Notes: generated by a model not told the origin, from the letters alone. DNA of 64,000 nt from Candidatus Nezhaarchaeales archaeon (GCA_038887515.1 JAWAKK010000001.1:32001-96000); one strand, 5' to 3'; positions 47,600-57,633 are shown, numbered from the stretch's first letter. A program made the numbers and translations.

Positions 47600-48670
47600 T
47601 TACTTCATCCTTTCGACGACGAGTCTTGCCAGATCCCTTAATATGTCTCTTACGTCGGAGCTTATATCGGCTTCGTCAAGAACTGATGAACCTTTTCTTG
47701 CAAGGTTTAGTGCCAATTCCCGAGTGTAGTCGAGAGCTCCCGTCATCCTTATTACATCTTTTACTTCCTCTATATCCTCTCTGGATGCAAGATCATTACC
47801 AAGGGTTCTCTCCAATATCTTCCTCTGTCCAGGAGAAGCCCACTCCCATGCCTTAATGACCAAGAGTGTCCTCTTACCCTCTCTTATGTCTGAGCCTACG
47901 GGCTTGCCTACGACAGCCTCGTCTCCAAAGACCCCTAAGATATCATCTTGCAATTGAAATGCTATACCTACTGGAATGGCATAGTTAGAATAAACATTCA
48001 ATAATTCTTCATCCGCTCTCGCTAAGACCCCACCTATGCGCAATGGTCCGTCAATGGTGTATATTGCTGTTTTAAGCTTATGGACTTCCAAGACATCTTC
48101 CTCTTTGATGGCGTTTATGGGCTCTTTCTTCAAAGTAATATCAAGTATCTGCCCATAACCAGTCTTCTCTACGACGTCTTGCATTAATTCTATCGCCTTT
48201 AAAACAACGTCGTATTCAAAATTTGACTGTAAAATTGCTTGTACTGCATACGTAGCAGCAAGATCTCCAGCTATTATAGCCATGCTATAACCATAATGCG
48301 TAGAATCTTCATATCCATAAAGCTTTAAATGAATATCCGTAAATGTCTTCCAAACCGTGGGTCTGCCCCTTCTAATTTCGTCTCGATCCATCACGTCGTC
48401 GTGAATTAACAAATAGGAGTGAGCCAACTCGATAGCTATAGATGCTCTTACTATTCTGCTATCAACAACCCCCTTAGAACCTGCATAGCCCAATATCATT
48501 AGCGAAGGTCTAATTCTCTTGCCTCCACTTAACGTAAACCTAGCTATCTCTTCGACAACTCGCCGTCTCCTTTCGTCGCTAAGAGATTCAATTTTAGTCT
48601 TCAAGAAGTTTGCCAACTCTTCCTCTATTTGATGCCCATATCTTTCGATGAAGTCTTCAAAGGGTCTCAT
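47600..48670 (-). CDS. Short-chain trans-prenyltransferase (probable GGPP synthase)
   Basis: GGKRIRP, YLLIHDDVMDRD..RRG (aromatic residue at -5 of the first Asp-rich motif), GQ.LD, KTA.Y and FQLQDDILG. Confidence 0.92.
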   Translation of the reverse strand: MRPFEDFIERYGHQIEEELANFLKTKIESLSDERRRRVVEEIARFTLSGGKRIRPSLMILGYAGSKGVVDSRIVRASIAIELAHSYLLIHDDVMDRDEIRRGRPTVWKTFTDIHLKLYGYEDSTHYGYSMAIIAGDLAATYAVQAILQSNFEYDVVLKAIELMQDVVEKTGYGQILDITLKKEPINAIKEEDVLEVHKLKTAIYTIDGPLRIGGVLARADEELLNVYSNYAIPVGIAFQLQDDILGVFGDEAVVGKPVGSDIREGKRTLLVIKAWEWASPGQRKILERTLGNDLASREDIEEVKDVIRMTGALDYTRELALNLARKGSSVLDEADISSDVRDILRDLARLVVERMK

Positions 48671-48739
48671 GGTTAACTTTAATACTGAAAATTTTTAATT
48701 AAAGCTTTTCGAGGTTGTCATTGAGGCTCGATTAAGATC

Positions 48740-51577
48740 ATGGTTGAAAATGCCTTTGACCTATTAAGCGAGGAGATAAGGAGAGAGCTTATTAGCTTAG
48801 GCCTTACGAAGCCGACGGAGCCCCAACAGAGGGCCATCCCCCTAATTTTAAGTGGAAAGAACGTCCTCATAGTGTCTCCGACAGGAACTGGCAAGACGGA
48901 GGCAGCAGTTTTACCGATATTCGATTTGATGAAAGTGTTGAAGGAGAGACATGAAGCTCAGGGGATACTATGCATCTATGTAACACCTCTCAGAGCTCTC
49001 AATAGGGACTTATGGGGTAGATTATCGAAGCTAGCCGAGAGAATAGGACTAGTGATTGAGGTTAGACATGGAGACACGCCGCAACACACTAGGAGGAAAC
49101 AGGCTCAGCGGCCACCAGATATGTTGATAACTACTCCCGAGTCTCTGCAAGCGATACTCATAGGCAAAGTGATGAAGAGAAGTTTGTCGAACGTCAGATG
49201 GGTCATAATAGATGAAATACATGAGCTCGTGGTCGACAAGAGAGGGGTTCAATTGTCCCTAGCCCTTGAAAGGTTGAAGAAGATATCCAGCAGACAATTG
49301 CAAAGGATAGGGCTTTCAGCTACTGTTGGCTCGGTAGACTTAGTTGGGAAGTTTCTTGTCGGTAGTGATGGTGACGTCGACGTAGTTTACATCCCTACAT
49401 CTAGGGAGATGCAAATAACTGTAGATTCCATTTCTTGCGAAAATGGAGAGCTCGCCTCAAAACTTCAAGTACCTCCTCCTATAGCATCAGCAATAGCTAA
49501 AGTAGCAGATGAGATAAGTCGGCACGAGAGCGTTCTTGTATTTACAAACACAAGAGAGAGCGCCGAACTGCTTGCTTCACGCCTAACGCTAATAGCTGGC
49601 GACATTAAAGTCAAAGTACATCACGGCTCGCTCTCAAGAGAGGAGAGAATTCAAGCAGAGAACGACTTTAAAAGCGGTTTGGTTAAAGCCCTCGTATGCA
49701 CATCCTCTCTTGAACTTGGAATAGACATAGGCTCTGTCGACTTCATAGTCCAGTTTACATCGCCCAGACAATCGACGCCACTAGTGCAAAGAGTAGGACG
49801 CTCTGGTCATAGAGTGGGTGGTGTGGCAAGAGGTCTCGTAGTGTCCTATTCATCTGACGACATCATAGAATCTGCAGTCTTGGCTAGGAGAGCAATGAGT
49901 GGAGAACTTGAAGAGATAAAAGTTCATGAATGTGCATTTGATGTTTTGGCCCATCAAATAGTAGGTCTCGTAATTGATGAAGGCTCAGTAGACGTCGATG
50001 AAGCTCTTAGAATAGTTAGAGGTGCGTATCCCTATAAGGATCTAACTCGCGAAGCTTTCTTCGAGACTATAAAGTTCCTCTGCGATAGGGGGATCATAAA
50101 ACTCGCGGGTTCAAGACTTAAACGAGCCGGCAGACAAACCATAGAGTTTTACCTACAAAATTTATCAATGATACCTGATGTGAGGAAGTACGACGTAAGA
50201 GCCCTACCCGATAAGCATAGAGTTGGATCCCTCGACGAAGAGTTCGTAGCTACTAAGGCTGAAGGCTCGCCAAGTATAATCTTAGGAGGTAGGGTTTGGA
50301 GGATCGTTGGTGTCGAAGAGTTGACGGTTTATGTAGAGCCCTCCGACGACATCTTTGGAGCCATACCGGCCTGGGTTGGGGAACTCATACCAGTTCAAAT
50401 CGAAGTAGCTCTCGAAGTCGCTTCGATAAGAAGGAGGATCGAAGAACTGTATAACAAAGGATGCGATGTGAGAGAAGCCCTCAGGGGGTATCCTTTAAAT
50501 GATAGAGCCCTTGAGGCAGCATTAGAGGATGTTATAGAACATCTAGGGCGAGGATTACCGTTACCCCACGATAGAAGGATAGTTGTTGAAGGTCTTGGGA
50601 ATTACATCGTAATTCATGCATGCTTAGGATCTAAAGCCAATGAATTACTTGGCCTCATATTATCTTCGATGCTCTCTAGCTCTCTAGCTCTAACAGTCCG
50701 CTATAGAGCGGATCAGTATAGGGTCCTGATAATTTCGCCTCGAAGTATAAGAGCTAGCTTTGTAGCTAAAATGTTGAGCGAGCTTAGACCAGAGGACGTC
50801 GAGGTACTGGCCATAAACCTTATTCCGTCTTCTGACATATACCTTTGGAGACTATTTCACGTAGCAAAGCGTATGGGAGTTGTAGATAAGAACGCTGAAG
50901 TCAAAGCCTTTTCCAAAGCCTATAAGTTCTTACTCGGAACGATAGTCGATAGGGCTGCTAGAATGGAGGTTTTAATAGATAAACTTGACGTTGAGGGGCT
51001 TAAGCGAACATTAGAGCTAATTGCGAAAGGAAAAGTAGAAGTCGTTTGGTTTGAAAGTGAAGGGCAAGCATCGCCCATGGCTATGCCGATACTCAACAAG
51101 TATATTCCAATAGAAGCACATCTCCTTAAGGTCTCTGATAAGACTTTGGATGAAATGGTCTATGAAAGACTCATGGAGAGGACCGTGAAGCTAGTGTGTA
51201 TGTACTGTGGTGGTTGGACGACCGTAAGAAAAGTCAGGTATGTGCCTGACGACGTAAGATGCCCTAAATGTGGAGCCAGGTATATAGCTGTCACATGGCC
51301 AGGAGATAACAAAATCGAGAAGCTACTTAAAAAGATGTTTTCGGGTAAGCTCAATAAGCAGGAGATGGACGATGTTAGGAGATATAAGATGTCGGCAGGA
51401 TTAGTCTTGACCTACGGCAAGAAAGCAGTTATGGTTCTAGCTGCTAGAGGTGTCGGTCCCCACACAGCATCAAGAATACTCGCTAAAGATGCTAGGGGCG
51501 ATGGTACGCTATTTAAGGACATACTAGAAGCCGAGAAGACTTATATTAGGACTAGGATGTACTGGTCAGACGCTTAA
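48740..51577 (+). CDS. lhr: Archaeal Lhr-family SF2 helicase with C-terminal Zn finger
   Basis: PTGTGKT, TPLRAL, RHGDT, DEIH, SAT, TSSLELGIDIG, QRVGRSGH and CMYC...CPKC. Confidence 0.92.
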   Translation: MVENAFDLLSEEIRRELISLGLTKPTEPQQRAIPLILSGKNVLIVSPTGTGKTEAAVLPIFDLMKVLKERHEAQGILCIYVTPLRALNRDLWGRLSKLAERIGLVIEVRHGDTPQHTRRKQAQRPPDMLITTPESLQAILIGKVMKRSLSNVRWVIIDEIHELVVDKRGVQLSLALERLKKISSRQLQRIGLSATVGSVDLVGKFLVGSDGDVDVVYIPTSREMQITVDSISCENGELASKLQVPPPIASAIAKVADEISRHESVLVFTNTRESAELLASRLTLIAGDIKVKVHHGSLSREERIQAENDFKSGLVKALVCTSSLELGIDIGSVDFIVQFTSPRQSTPLVQRVGRSGHRVGGVARGLVVSYSSDDIIESAVLARRAMSGELEEIKVHECAFDVLAHQIVGLVIDEGSVDVDEALRIVRGAYPYKDLTREAFFETIKFLCDRGIIKLAGSRLKRAGRQTIEFYLQNLSMIPDVRKYDVRALPDKHRVGSLDEEFVATKAEGSPSIILGGRVWRIVGVEELTVYVEPSDDIFGAIPAWVGELIPVQIEVALEVASIRRRIEELYNKGCDVREALRGYPLNDRALEAALEDVIEHLGRGLPLPHDRRIVVEGLGNYIVIHACLGSKANELLGLILSSMLSSSLALTVRYRADQYRVLIISPRSIRASFVAKMLSELRPEDVEVLAINLIPSSDIYLWRLFHVAKRMGVVDKNAEVKAFSKAYKFLLGTIVDRAARMEVLIDKLDVEGLKRTLELIAKGKVEVVWFESEGQASPMAMPILNKYIPIEAHLLKVSDKTLDEMVYERLMERTVKLVCMYCGGWTTVRKVRYVPDDVRCPKCGARYIAVTWPGDNKIEKLLKKMFSGKLNKQEMDDVRRYKMSAGLVLTYGKKAVMVLAARGVGPHTASRILAKDARGDGTLFKDILEAEKTYIRTRMYWSDA

Positions 51578-51696
51578 TTTGCATGACCAAATTTATCAAA
51601 GGGCTGCAAGGTCCCAGTATACCTTTAGATCTCGCCCCTTTTAAATAAACGAAGTAAAAAGTACAGCGAAGCTTTGAACTCCATGAAGTAACGTGA

Positions 51697-51725
51697 CTGA
51701 GAACATAAAAGCTGAGAACATAAAA
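51697..51725 (+). repeat. Tandem 14-bp direct repeat CTGAGAACATAAAA x2 (15-bp period)
   Basis: Exact copies at 51697-51710 and 51712-51725, 65-93 nt upstream of the HerA-like gene. Confidence 0.8.
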
Positions 51726-51789
51726 TTTAGGAGTATTTGTATGGTTAACTACAATAGATGCCCTAAACGTCATAGAGCTGGGAGATAAG

Positions 51790-54700
51790 TTGGAGAAGGA
51801 TAGGTCGGAAACATCCTACGCTAAGGCTGTAGGCATAATTGAAGGTAAAACTACTACCAATAGCTTTAGGATTAAGGTCTTGTCCAGCGATGTAGGGAAA
51901 AATTCCTTTCTTGAAGTAGCTCATGAAGGCTCATATTATGTCTGTGGAATTAAAGAGCTCTACCGAACTGAGGACGGCGTCTATGCAGAATGCTTCGTCA
52001 TCGGTCAAGGACCCAAGCTACCCTTTACTCCTGGAAGCCCAGTTTACATAGCTAGAGAGGAACATGTAAGAAAAGCATTAAGGCTAAGTGATGACCCCTC
52101 AACCGGGATATACGTCGGCAAGCTGAAAGGATTAGAATGTAGAATTTGGCTTCCAATAAAGAAGCTCGGGAGAATATTCATAGTCGGAAAACCCGGTTCA
52201 GGTAAGTCTTACACTGCAGGGGTCTTCATAGAGGAATTACTGAAGAAAGGGATACCGCTACTAGTAATAGACGTTCACGGCGAGTACTCAAGTTTGAAGG
52301 TGATGGGTGACGTAACTTCCGAAGAGTTTGATGTATATCCTAAATCTTATGCGGAAAACGTTGTAGAGTTCGGAAATCTCAAAGTTAATCCTGGTGCTGA
52401 CCTCTCGCTTGACATCTTAGAAGCAGCTAGGCCTGAAGACTTGATAGTTCCAGGCCAATGTACAATAATAAATCTTAGGGGCCTACTCAAAGAGGAGCAG
52501 ATATCTCTAGTATCTTTTCTCCTCGAGAAAGTCTTTCAAGCAGTCATGGAAGGTAGGTTGAGGCCCTTTTATTGTGTTCTTGACGAGGCCCATAGATTTG
52601 CTGGAAGAGAGAGGACTAAGGCAACTGATGTTATTAGAAGGTTTGCACAGGAGGGTAGGAAATTTGGTGCAGGACTAGTCGTTATAACTCAAAGACCCCA
52701 ACTACTTGATACGACCGTTAGAGGACTCGTGGGTACATGGGTAATTCATAGACTCTCAGACCCTAATGACATGAGGATAACGTTGGAAAGTGGAGGGCTT
52801 GAAAGTGAGTGGGAAAACGTTATTGCTTGGCTCGAAAGCGGCGAAGCCGTCATAACGGGCGAAGCCGTTGAGAAGATACCGATAATAGTTAGGATTAGAC
52901 CCCGAGAAACAAAGCATGGAGGTGAAGGCTTTAATCCATTGGACTACGCAGCTAAGCCTAGCGACACTTCGGTTACGAAGATTCTTGAAAAGCTCTCTAA
53001 GACCGTAGTGCGCGACTTAGATAAACTTCAAAAACAACCCATTTCAGCTGTAGGCCTTCCCCAAACTTTTTTACCAATAGTCGTTGACGAGTCGGAAATC
53101 TTAACAAAGATCAAAGGCAAGTTACCCAATTTAAATGTCGACATGGTATCGTTAGAGATAAACTACATGCCTGCTCTATACTGTGAAGTTGAGGCGAGGG
53201 TTGAAAGGCAAAACCCTTACGTGAAGTTCTCAGATTCCATTCAGAGGCTAATACCAATCGGAGTAGAGGTTGGAGAGATAAATTGGGATAGCTCCCAAGC
53301 ATATGGCGTAGAATTAAAGGATTTAGAGTCTATCGAACTCCTCCCATCACCCCCACAACCGGGCCTTTATCAAAAAACATGCTTTAATATTGCAGACTCA
53401 AAGGCCGTCAAGAAAGTTAAAGAAGAATTGTTGGCCTACACCGCTACAAAGCTTGTAAAAACGCTCTACTATAGCAAGAAATTAGGTAGGTTTTCGCTGA
53501 CGAGCGATAGGCAAGCCTTCTTGTCAGAGTGCCTTAAGGAGATAGCTGAGATAGAACAAAACGAGGAGAGAAGTCTTGAAGAAAGTTACCTTAAATCTAT
53601 TGCTGAAATAGACAAAGCAATAGAAAGGTACAACGAAAGGCTTCGAAGGCTCAGCGAACAATACAATATTTTAAACTACGAATACGAGCAACTGCGCGAA
53701 CAATTAAAGGAAGCTAAGAAGCAGAAGAAATCCATACTAAAGCTTTCAAAACAGCTAGAGCTTAGAAAAAATAAGATAGAAGCCATTAGGGATGAAATAT
53801 TGAAGATAAACACTCAGATAAGAACATTAAACGATAAAAAACGAGCAATAGAGACGGAGCACAAGGAAAAAGTTAGGGAATTGAGAATAAAAATAGATTC
53901 GCTTAAAAAGTTTGACGTGAAGTCGCTAGTGATCCAACCCGAGCTTGAGGAGCTCTCGGTAAATAGCTTTCAACTCACGTGGGTTCCCATATATAAAGCT
54001 AAAGTGGTCATAGCGGGTGAAAATACGTCCAAAGAAATCGGAGTATGGTGGAACGCCTTAAATGGTAAGGGATTCTACGGTTCGTGTGTTATATGCGATG
54101 CAGAAATAAGGGACCTATCAAACATGGCCATATGTGAAGTATGTTTTAATCCCATGTGTACGGCGCATATACTTGAATGCTATGCCTGTAGGGCACGCAT
54201 ATGTGCTAAGGACTCTTGGACTTGCGAATCATGTTCAAGGACTTTGTGCTTAAAAGAACCTCCATCTAGATGCAAATCTTGCGAAGCATTGTTGTGCAGG
54301 GAATGTGCTAAGAAATGTGTAGCCTGCGGAGGTGAGATAGCCTATTGTTCAAAACATCTAAAGAATTGCCCCGTATGTGGTGTAACGCTGTGCGATGAAC
54401 ACTTTAAAACTCATGTTACGAAATGTAGCATTTGCTCCAAGACTATATGCGAAGCGCTGTCCGACAGATGCTCCATATGCAATGAGCCTCTGTGTAAAAC
54501 TTGTTCAAATATATGTGCCGAGTGCGGTAAGACAATTTGCAGACGACACAGCTGGAGATGCAAAAGCTGCGGTAGGACATTTTGTATAAATGAGGAAAAG
54601 AAAACGTGTAGTGTATGCGGCGAGGATATGTGCTCATCGCATTCAAACTTCTGCGAGTTATGCGGCAAAGTAGCCTGTAAGAATCACACTTATCGATGTA

Positions 54701-54801
54701 CTTCTTGTGGTAAGCTCATATGCAAGGACTGTGTAGGTGAATCTAAGGGTTTTCTCCGGAGAAAAATGCTTTGTGTTGAGTGTGCGAGTAAGGAAAGTTG
54801 A
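51790..54801 (+). CDS. HerA/FtsK-family ATPase fused to a coiled coil and a C-terminal tandem Cys/His (Zn-finger) array
   Basis: HAS-barrel-like N-terminus, GKPGSGKS, IDVHGEY, LDEAH, QEGRKFG and ITQRP; coiled coil at about 53530-53910; 13 CxxC-x4-Cxx(H/C/other) units at 54085-54783. Confidence 0.85.
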   Translation: MEKDRSETSYAKAVGIIEGKTTTNSFRIKVLSSDVGKNSFLEVAHEGSYYVCGIKELYRTEDGVYAECFVIGQGPKLPFTPGSPVYIAREEHVRKALRLSDDPSTGIYVGKLKGLECRIWLPIKKLGRIFIVGKPGSGKSYTAGVFIEELLKKGIPLLVIDVHGEYSSLKVMGDVTSEEFDVYPKSYAENVVEFGNLKVNPGADLSLDILEAARPEDLIVPGQCTIINLRGLLKEEQISLVSFLLEKVFQAVMEGRLRPFYCVLDEAHRFAGRERTKATDVIRRFAQEGRKFGAGLVVITQRPQLLDTTVRGLVGTWVIHRLSDPNDMRITLESGGLESEWENVIAWLESGEAVITGEAVEKIPIIVRIRPRETKHGGEGFNPLDYAAKPSDTSVTKILEKLSKTVVRDLDKLQKQPISAVGLPQTFLPIVVDESEILTKIKGKLPNLNVDMVSLEINYMPALYCEVEARVERQNPYVKFSDSIQRLIPIGVEVGEINWDSSQAYGVELKDLESIELLPSPPQPGLYQKTCFNIADSKAVKKVKEELLAYTATKLVKTLYYSKKLGRFSLTSDRQAFLSECLKEIAEIEQNEERSLEESYLKSIAEIDKAIERYNERLRRLSEQYNILNYEYEQLREQLKEAKKQKKSILKLSKQLELRKNKIEAIRDEILKINTQIRTLNDKKRAIETEHKEKVRELRIKIDSLKKFDVKSLVIQPELEELSVNSFQLTWVPIYKAKVVIAGENTSKEIGVWWNALNGKGFYGSCVICDAEIRDLSNMAICEVCFNPMCTAHILECYACRARICAKDSWTCESCSRTLCLKEPPSRCKSCEALLCRECAKKCVACGGEIAYCSKHLKNCPVCGVTLCDEHFKTHVTKCSICSKTICEALSDRCSICNEPLCKTCSNICAECGKTICRRHSWRCKSCGRTFCINEEKKTCSVCGEDMCSSHSNFCELCGKVACKNHTYRCTSCGKLICKDCVGESKGFLRRKMLCVECASKES

Positions 54802-54805
54802 AAAG

Positions 54806-55600
54806 CTACGAGCCAAATCTCCTCTGTCGCTTCTGATAAGTTCTAATGGCCCTAAGCAAGTCTATATACCTGAATTCAGGCCAATACGCGTCGAGAAAGC
54901 AGAGCTCACTGTAAGCCGATTGCCAAAGCAGAAACCCACTCAACCTTTCTTCACCCGATGTCCTTATTATCAAATCTGGGTGAGGATTCGGAAGATGAGA
55001 AGTATACAAGAACCTCTCGAAAAGTTCTTCATTTATTTCTTCAGGCTTAACCTTTCCCTCAAGTACTAAACTTGTTAATTGCTTTATAGCATCTATTATT
55101 TCCGCCCTTCCACCGTAGGCTACCGCTATATTCAAGTAATAGTTCGAGTATTTCGCGGTAATTTCTTCAAGTTTGTAAAGAAGTTTTTGAATGTGGGACG
55201 GTAATAGCCAAATTCTTCCTAAGGCCTTGATCCTAACACCATTTCTCTGTATACGCTCATCGTTCAAAGCCCTTAACAATGTTTCCTCAACAACTTTCAT
55301 TACTGCTTCAATTTCATCGGATTTTCGTTTGAAGTTTTCAGTCGAAAATACATATATGGTTAAGGTCTTAATTCCAAGCCTTAAACACCAATCTAATAGT
55401 TTCTCGACGTTTTTAGCTCCAATTCTATAACCCTCCTCTAATGGTACCCTCCTTTTCTGTGACCAACGCCTGTTACCATCAAGTATAACTCCTATGTGCT
55501 GAGGTAAAGACCTATAGTTGGCCTTTACAGCTCTTTCAAGCCACTTTTCGTATAATTTGTAAACTCCTAGGTACCTTAAGACTCTTTCAAACCAGCTCAT
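54806..55600 (-). CDS. uppS: cis-prenyltransferase (undecaprenyl-diphosphate synthase family)
   Basis: HIGVILDGNRRW, FSTENFKR, YGGRAEI, RTSGEERLSGFLLWQSAYSE and RRFG. Confidence 0.95.
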   Translation of the reverse strand: MSWFERVLRYLGVYKLYEKWLERAVKANYRSLPQHIGVILDGNRRWSQKRRVPLEEGYRIGAKNVEKLLDWCLRLGIKTLTIYVFSTENFKRKSDEIEAVMKVVEETLLRALNDERIQRNGVRIKALGRIWLLPSHIQKLLYKLEEITAKYSNYYLNIAVAYGGRAEIIDAIKQLTSLVLEGKVKPEEINEELFERFLYTSHLPNPHPDLIIRTSGEERLSGFLLWQSAYSELCFLDAYWPEFRYIDLLRAIRTYQKRQRRFGS

Positions 55601-56031
55601 TGGCTACGTCGCCTAGCCCTTCTCATGCTTACTTCTTTTAAGCTCTCCTTATTAAACGGTTTACCTGATTCAAGAATCTCCCGGGGAAACTTTTCAAGCC
55701 ACTTTTTCATAAATTCAAGCTCTTCGTTTGGATCCATAATTCGTTGGTCGTCGGGTAACATGTGTGGAATCTCATCTATTATTGGATACCACCGTTGACA
55801 GCCTTCACATATGATGAGCCCTTCTACTACTTCCTTTGAGAAGCAGTCGAGACAGAGATCGTCTGTCGGCTTTACATCTTCAACTCGACCATTCTTTAGA
55901 GCACAGTAGAGAGGACACTTTGATGGTAGTTCCTTCGGCTTTTCCCTTTCTTCAATTACAAACGTTATTAGCTTTAATGGGAATTTCTTACACATAGGAC
56001 ACGCGAGCAAGTCCATAAGTCTTAGCTTCAA
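55597..56031 (-). CDS. Trm112-family methyltransferase activator
   Basis: MDLLACPMCK.FPL and EG.IICEGC.RWYPIID.IP.MLPD; ATGA overlap with uppS. Confidence 0.88.
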   Translation of the reverse strand: MKLRLMDLLACPMCKKFPLKLITFVIEEREKPKELPSKCPLYCALKNGRVEDVKPTDDLCLDCFSKEVVEGLIICEGCQRWYPIIDEIPHMLPDDQRIMDPNEELEFMKKWLEKFPREILESGKPFNKESLKEVSMRRARRRSQ

Positions 56032-56100
56032 TCTTAACCCCCTCGTTACTCAGCTAGTCTTATTCAAATAAATAACCTTCTTCTACTATATACTCTCAAG

Positions 56101-57375
56101 GTGCTTGCGGTGGGCATAACGACTCTATGCGTGTTCGAAGATGAGGGTTGGGAAGCCCTTCTTCCAATCACGTACACTAAAGCCGTTTACGAGCTTACAT
56201 GCGGGTCAAAGACCCTACTTAAAAGGGCTATTGAGACTTTAAATCCTCAAAAAGTCCTATTGATAGCTAGAGAATATCTTAGAGACAAATTGGCTGAAAG
56301 AACTACCTTCATAGTTAACGAACCAGATGTAGAAGGTGAGGTTCTTTTCCTAAATGGAAGACTCCTCTTAGACCCTGAAGCTACCTCAATTATTCGTTCC
56401 ATTAAGGTCGGAGAGGCTTTGTCATGTAAGGGCTCTCTCGCAGCTATGAAGCTTCGAGAAGGGGTAGCACGAGGAGTGATAGTAAACAAGATTTTTGAAC
56501 CTAAACTCGTTAAATCGTTTGCAGAGGTAAGGGAAGTAAACTTAAGGTTCGTTAGGCACCCCTGGGATCTAGTAGAGCTTACGCCGAAACTCCTTGACGA
56601 AGTGTCGACATTGGGAGAGGGTTATGGAGGAGACGATATCAAAATTATCGGAGACCCTAAGATGCTAAGGGTTGCCGGTGAGCTTAATATTGAGGGTCTA
56701 GTGGTGGCGAATGTTAGGAAGGGGCCAATTTACATAGGAAGTGGCTGTCAAATAGAAGGCTATACCGTTATTAAGGGACCAACGTACATAGGTAACAATT
56801 GTGTAATTAAGAGTGCTTACATTGGGTCGGGGTGCTACATAGGTGATATGTGTAGAATAGGTGTTGGAAGCGAGTTGGAAGAGACGATAATTTCAGGCTT
56901 TACAAACAAGCAGCATTTAGGCTTCATAGCTCACTCGTATATAGGTGAGTGGGTGAACATAGGAGCCGGGACAAACGTCTCTGACTTAAAGAATACCTAC
57001 GGTACCGTAAGAGTCTACATAGGCGATTCAAAAATCGATACAGGCCTTATAAAGCTTGGATGTTTTATGGGCGATTACGTAAAGACAAGCATAGGAACGC
57101 AGATGTATTCGGGTAAAAAGATAGGCCCCTTCTCGCACGTACATGGCTTCATATACGATGATGTACCTCCCTTTACAATATGGGCTAAGAGCCTAGGCTT
57201 TGAACCCGTCGAGCTAAGGCTTGAATCTGCAATAGAAACTCAGAAAAGGATGTACGAGAGGAGGGGCTTCTCGCAAACAAAGGCCGATATAGAGCTTATA
57301 AAAAAACTTTTTGAATTAACAGCAAAAGAAAGAGCTAAAAGTGGAGTTAATAAAGAGCCTTTTAAACTAGGCTAA
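56101..57375 (+). CDS. GlmU-like putative sugar nucleotidyltransferase with left-handed beta-helix
   Basis: FED....LLPITYTK.VYEL..G, NGR, hexapeptide repeats and NKQHLGF..HSYIGEWVNIGAGT..SDLKNTYG. Confidence 0.85.
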   Translation: MLAVGITTLCVFEDEGWEALLPITYTKAVYELTCGSKTLLKRAIETLNPQKVLLIAREYLRDKLAERTTFIVNEPDVEGEVLFLNGRLLLDPEATSIIRSIKVGEALSCKGSLAAMKLREGVARGVIVNKIFEPKLVKSFAEVREVNLRFVRHPWDLVELTPKLLDEVSTLGEGYGGDDIKIIGDPKMLRVAGELNIEGLVVANVRKGPIYIGSGCQIEGYTVIKGPTYIGNNCVIKSAYIGSGCYIGDMCRIGVGSELEETIISGFTNKQHLGFIAHSYIGEWVNIGAGTNVSDLKNTYGTVRVYIGDSKIDTGLIKLGCFMGDYVKTSIGTQMYSGKKIGPFSHVHGFIYDDVPPFTIWAKSLGFEPVELRLESAIETQKRMYERRGFSQTKADIELIKKLFELTAKERAKSGVNKEPFKLG

Positions 57376-57572
57376 AGTGGTCATCAATAAAACTTCTTAC
57401 TAATAAACGTAATTAAACGAGTTAACAATTTATGTTATCATACATTCTCCAGTATTGAACTAAAGTTGGCAGGAGCATTTCTTAGGCAACTTAAGTTTAT
57501 AGAGCGTTTAAAATAAACCCTTTAGTAGAGGTATAATGACTTTCGATTCATACAGTCTTTTTCTGCGAAGCC

Positions 57573-57590
57573 TATCATAGACTTGTGATA
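57573..57590. promoter_or_regulatory. Imperfect palindrome TATCAT-N6-GTGATA immediately upstream of the TATA-like element of the second AOR
   Basis: TATCATAGACTTGTGATA followed directly by AAGCTTAAAA, 44-61 nt before the ATG. Confidence 0.4.
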
Positions 57591-57633
57591 AAGCTTAAAA
57601 AAGGTACCCCCCAAACTATAGGGGAGAATTTCC

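Noticed and set aside
51697-51725. Direct repeat as a degenerate CRISPR array
   Set aside because: Two 14-bp copies with a 1-nt spacer, and no cas genes.
54085-54783. Cys array as a multiheme cytochrome or polyferredoxin
   Set aside because: There are no CxxCH or CxxCxxCxxxCP motifs and no signal peptide; the spacing fits Zn-binding repeats better.
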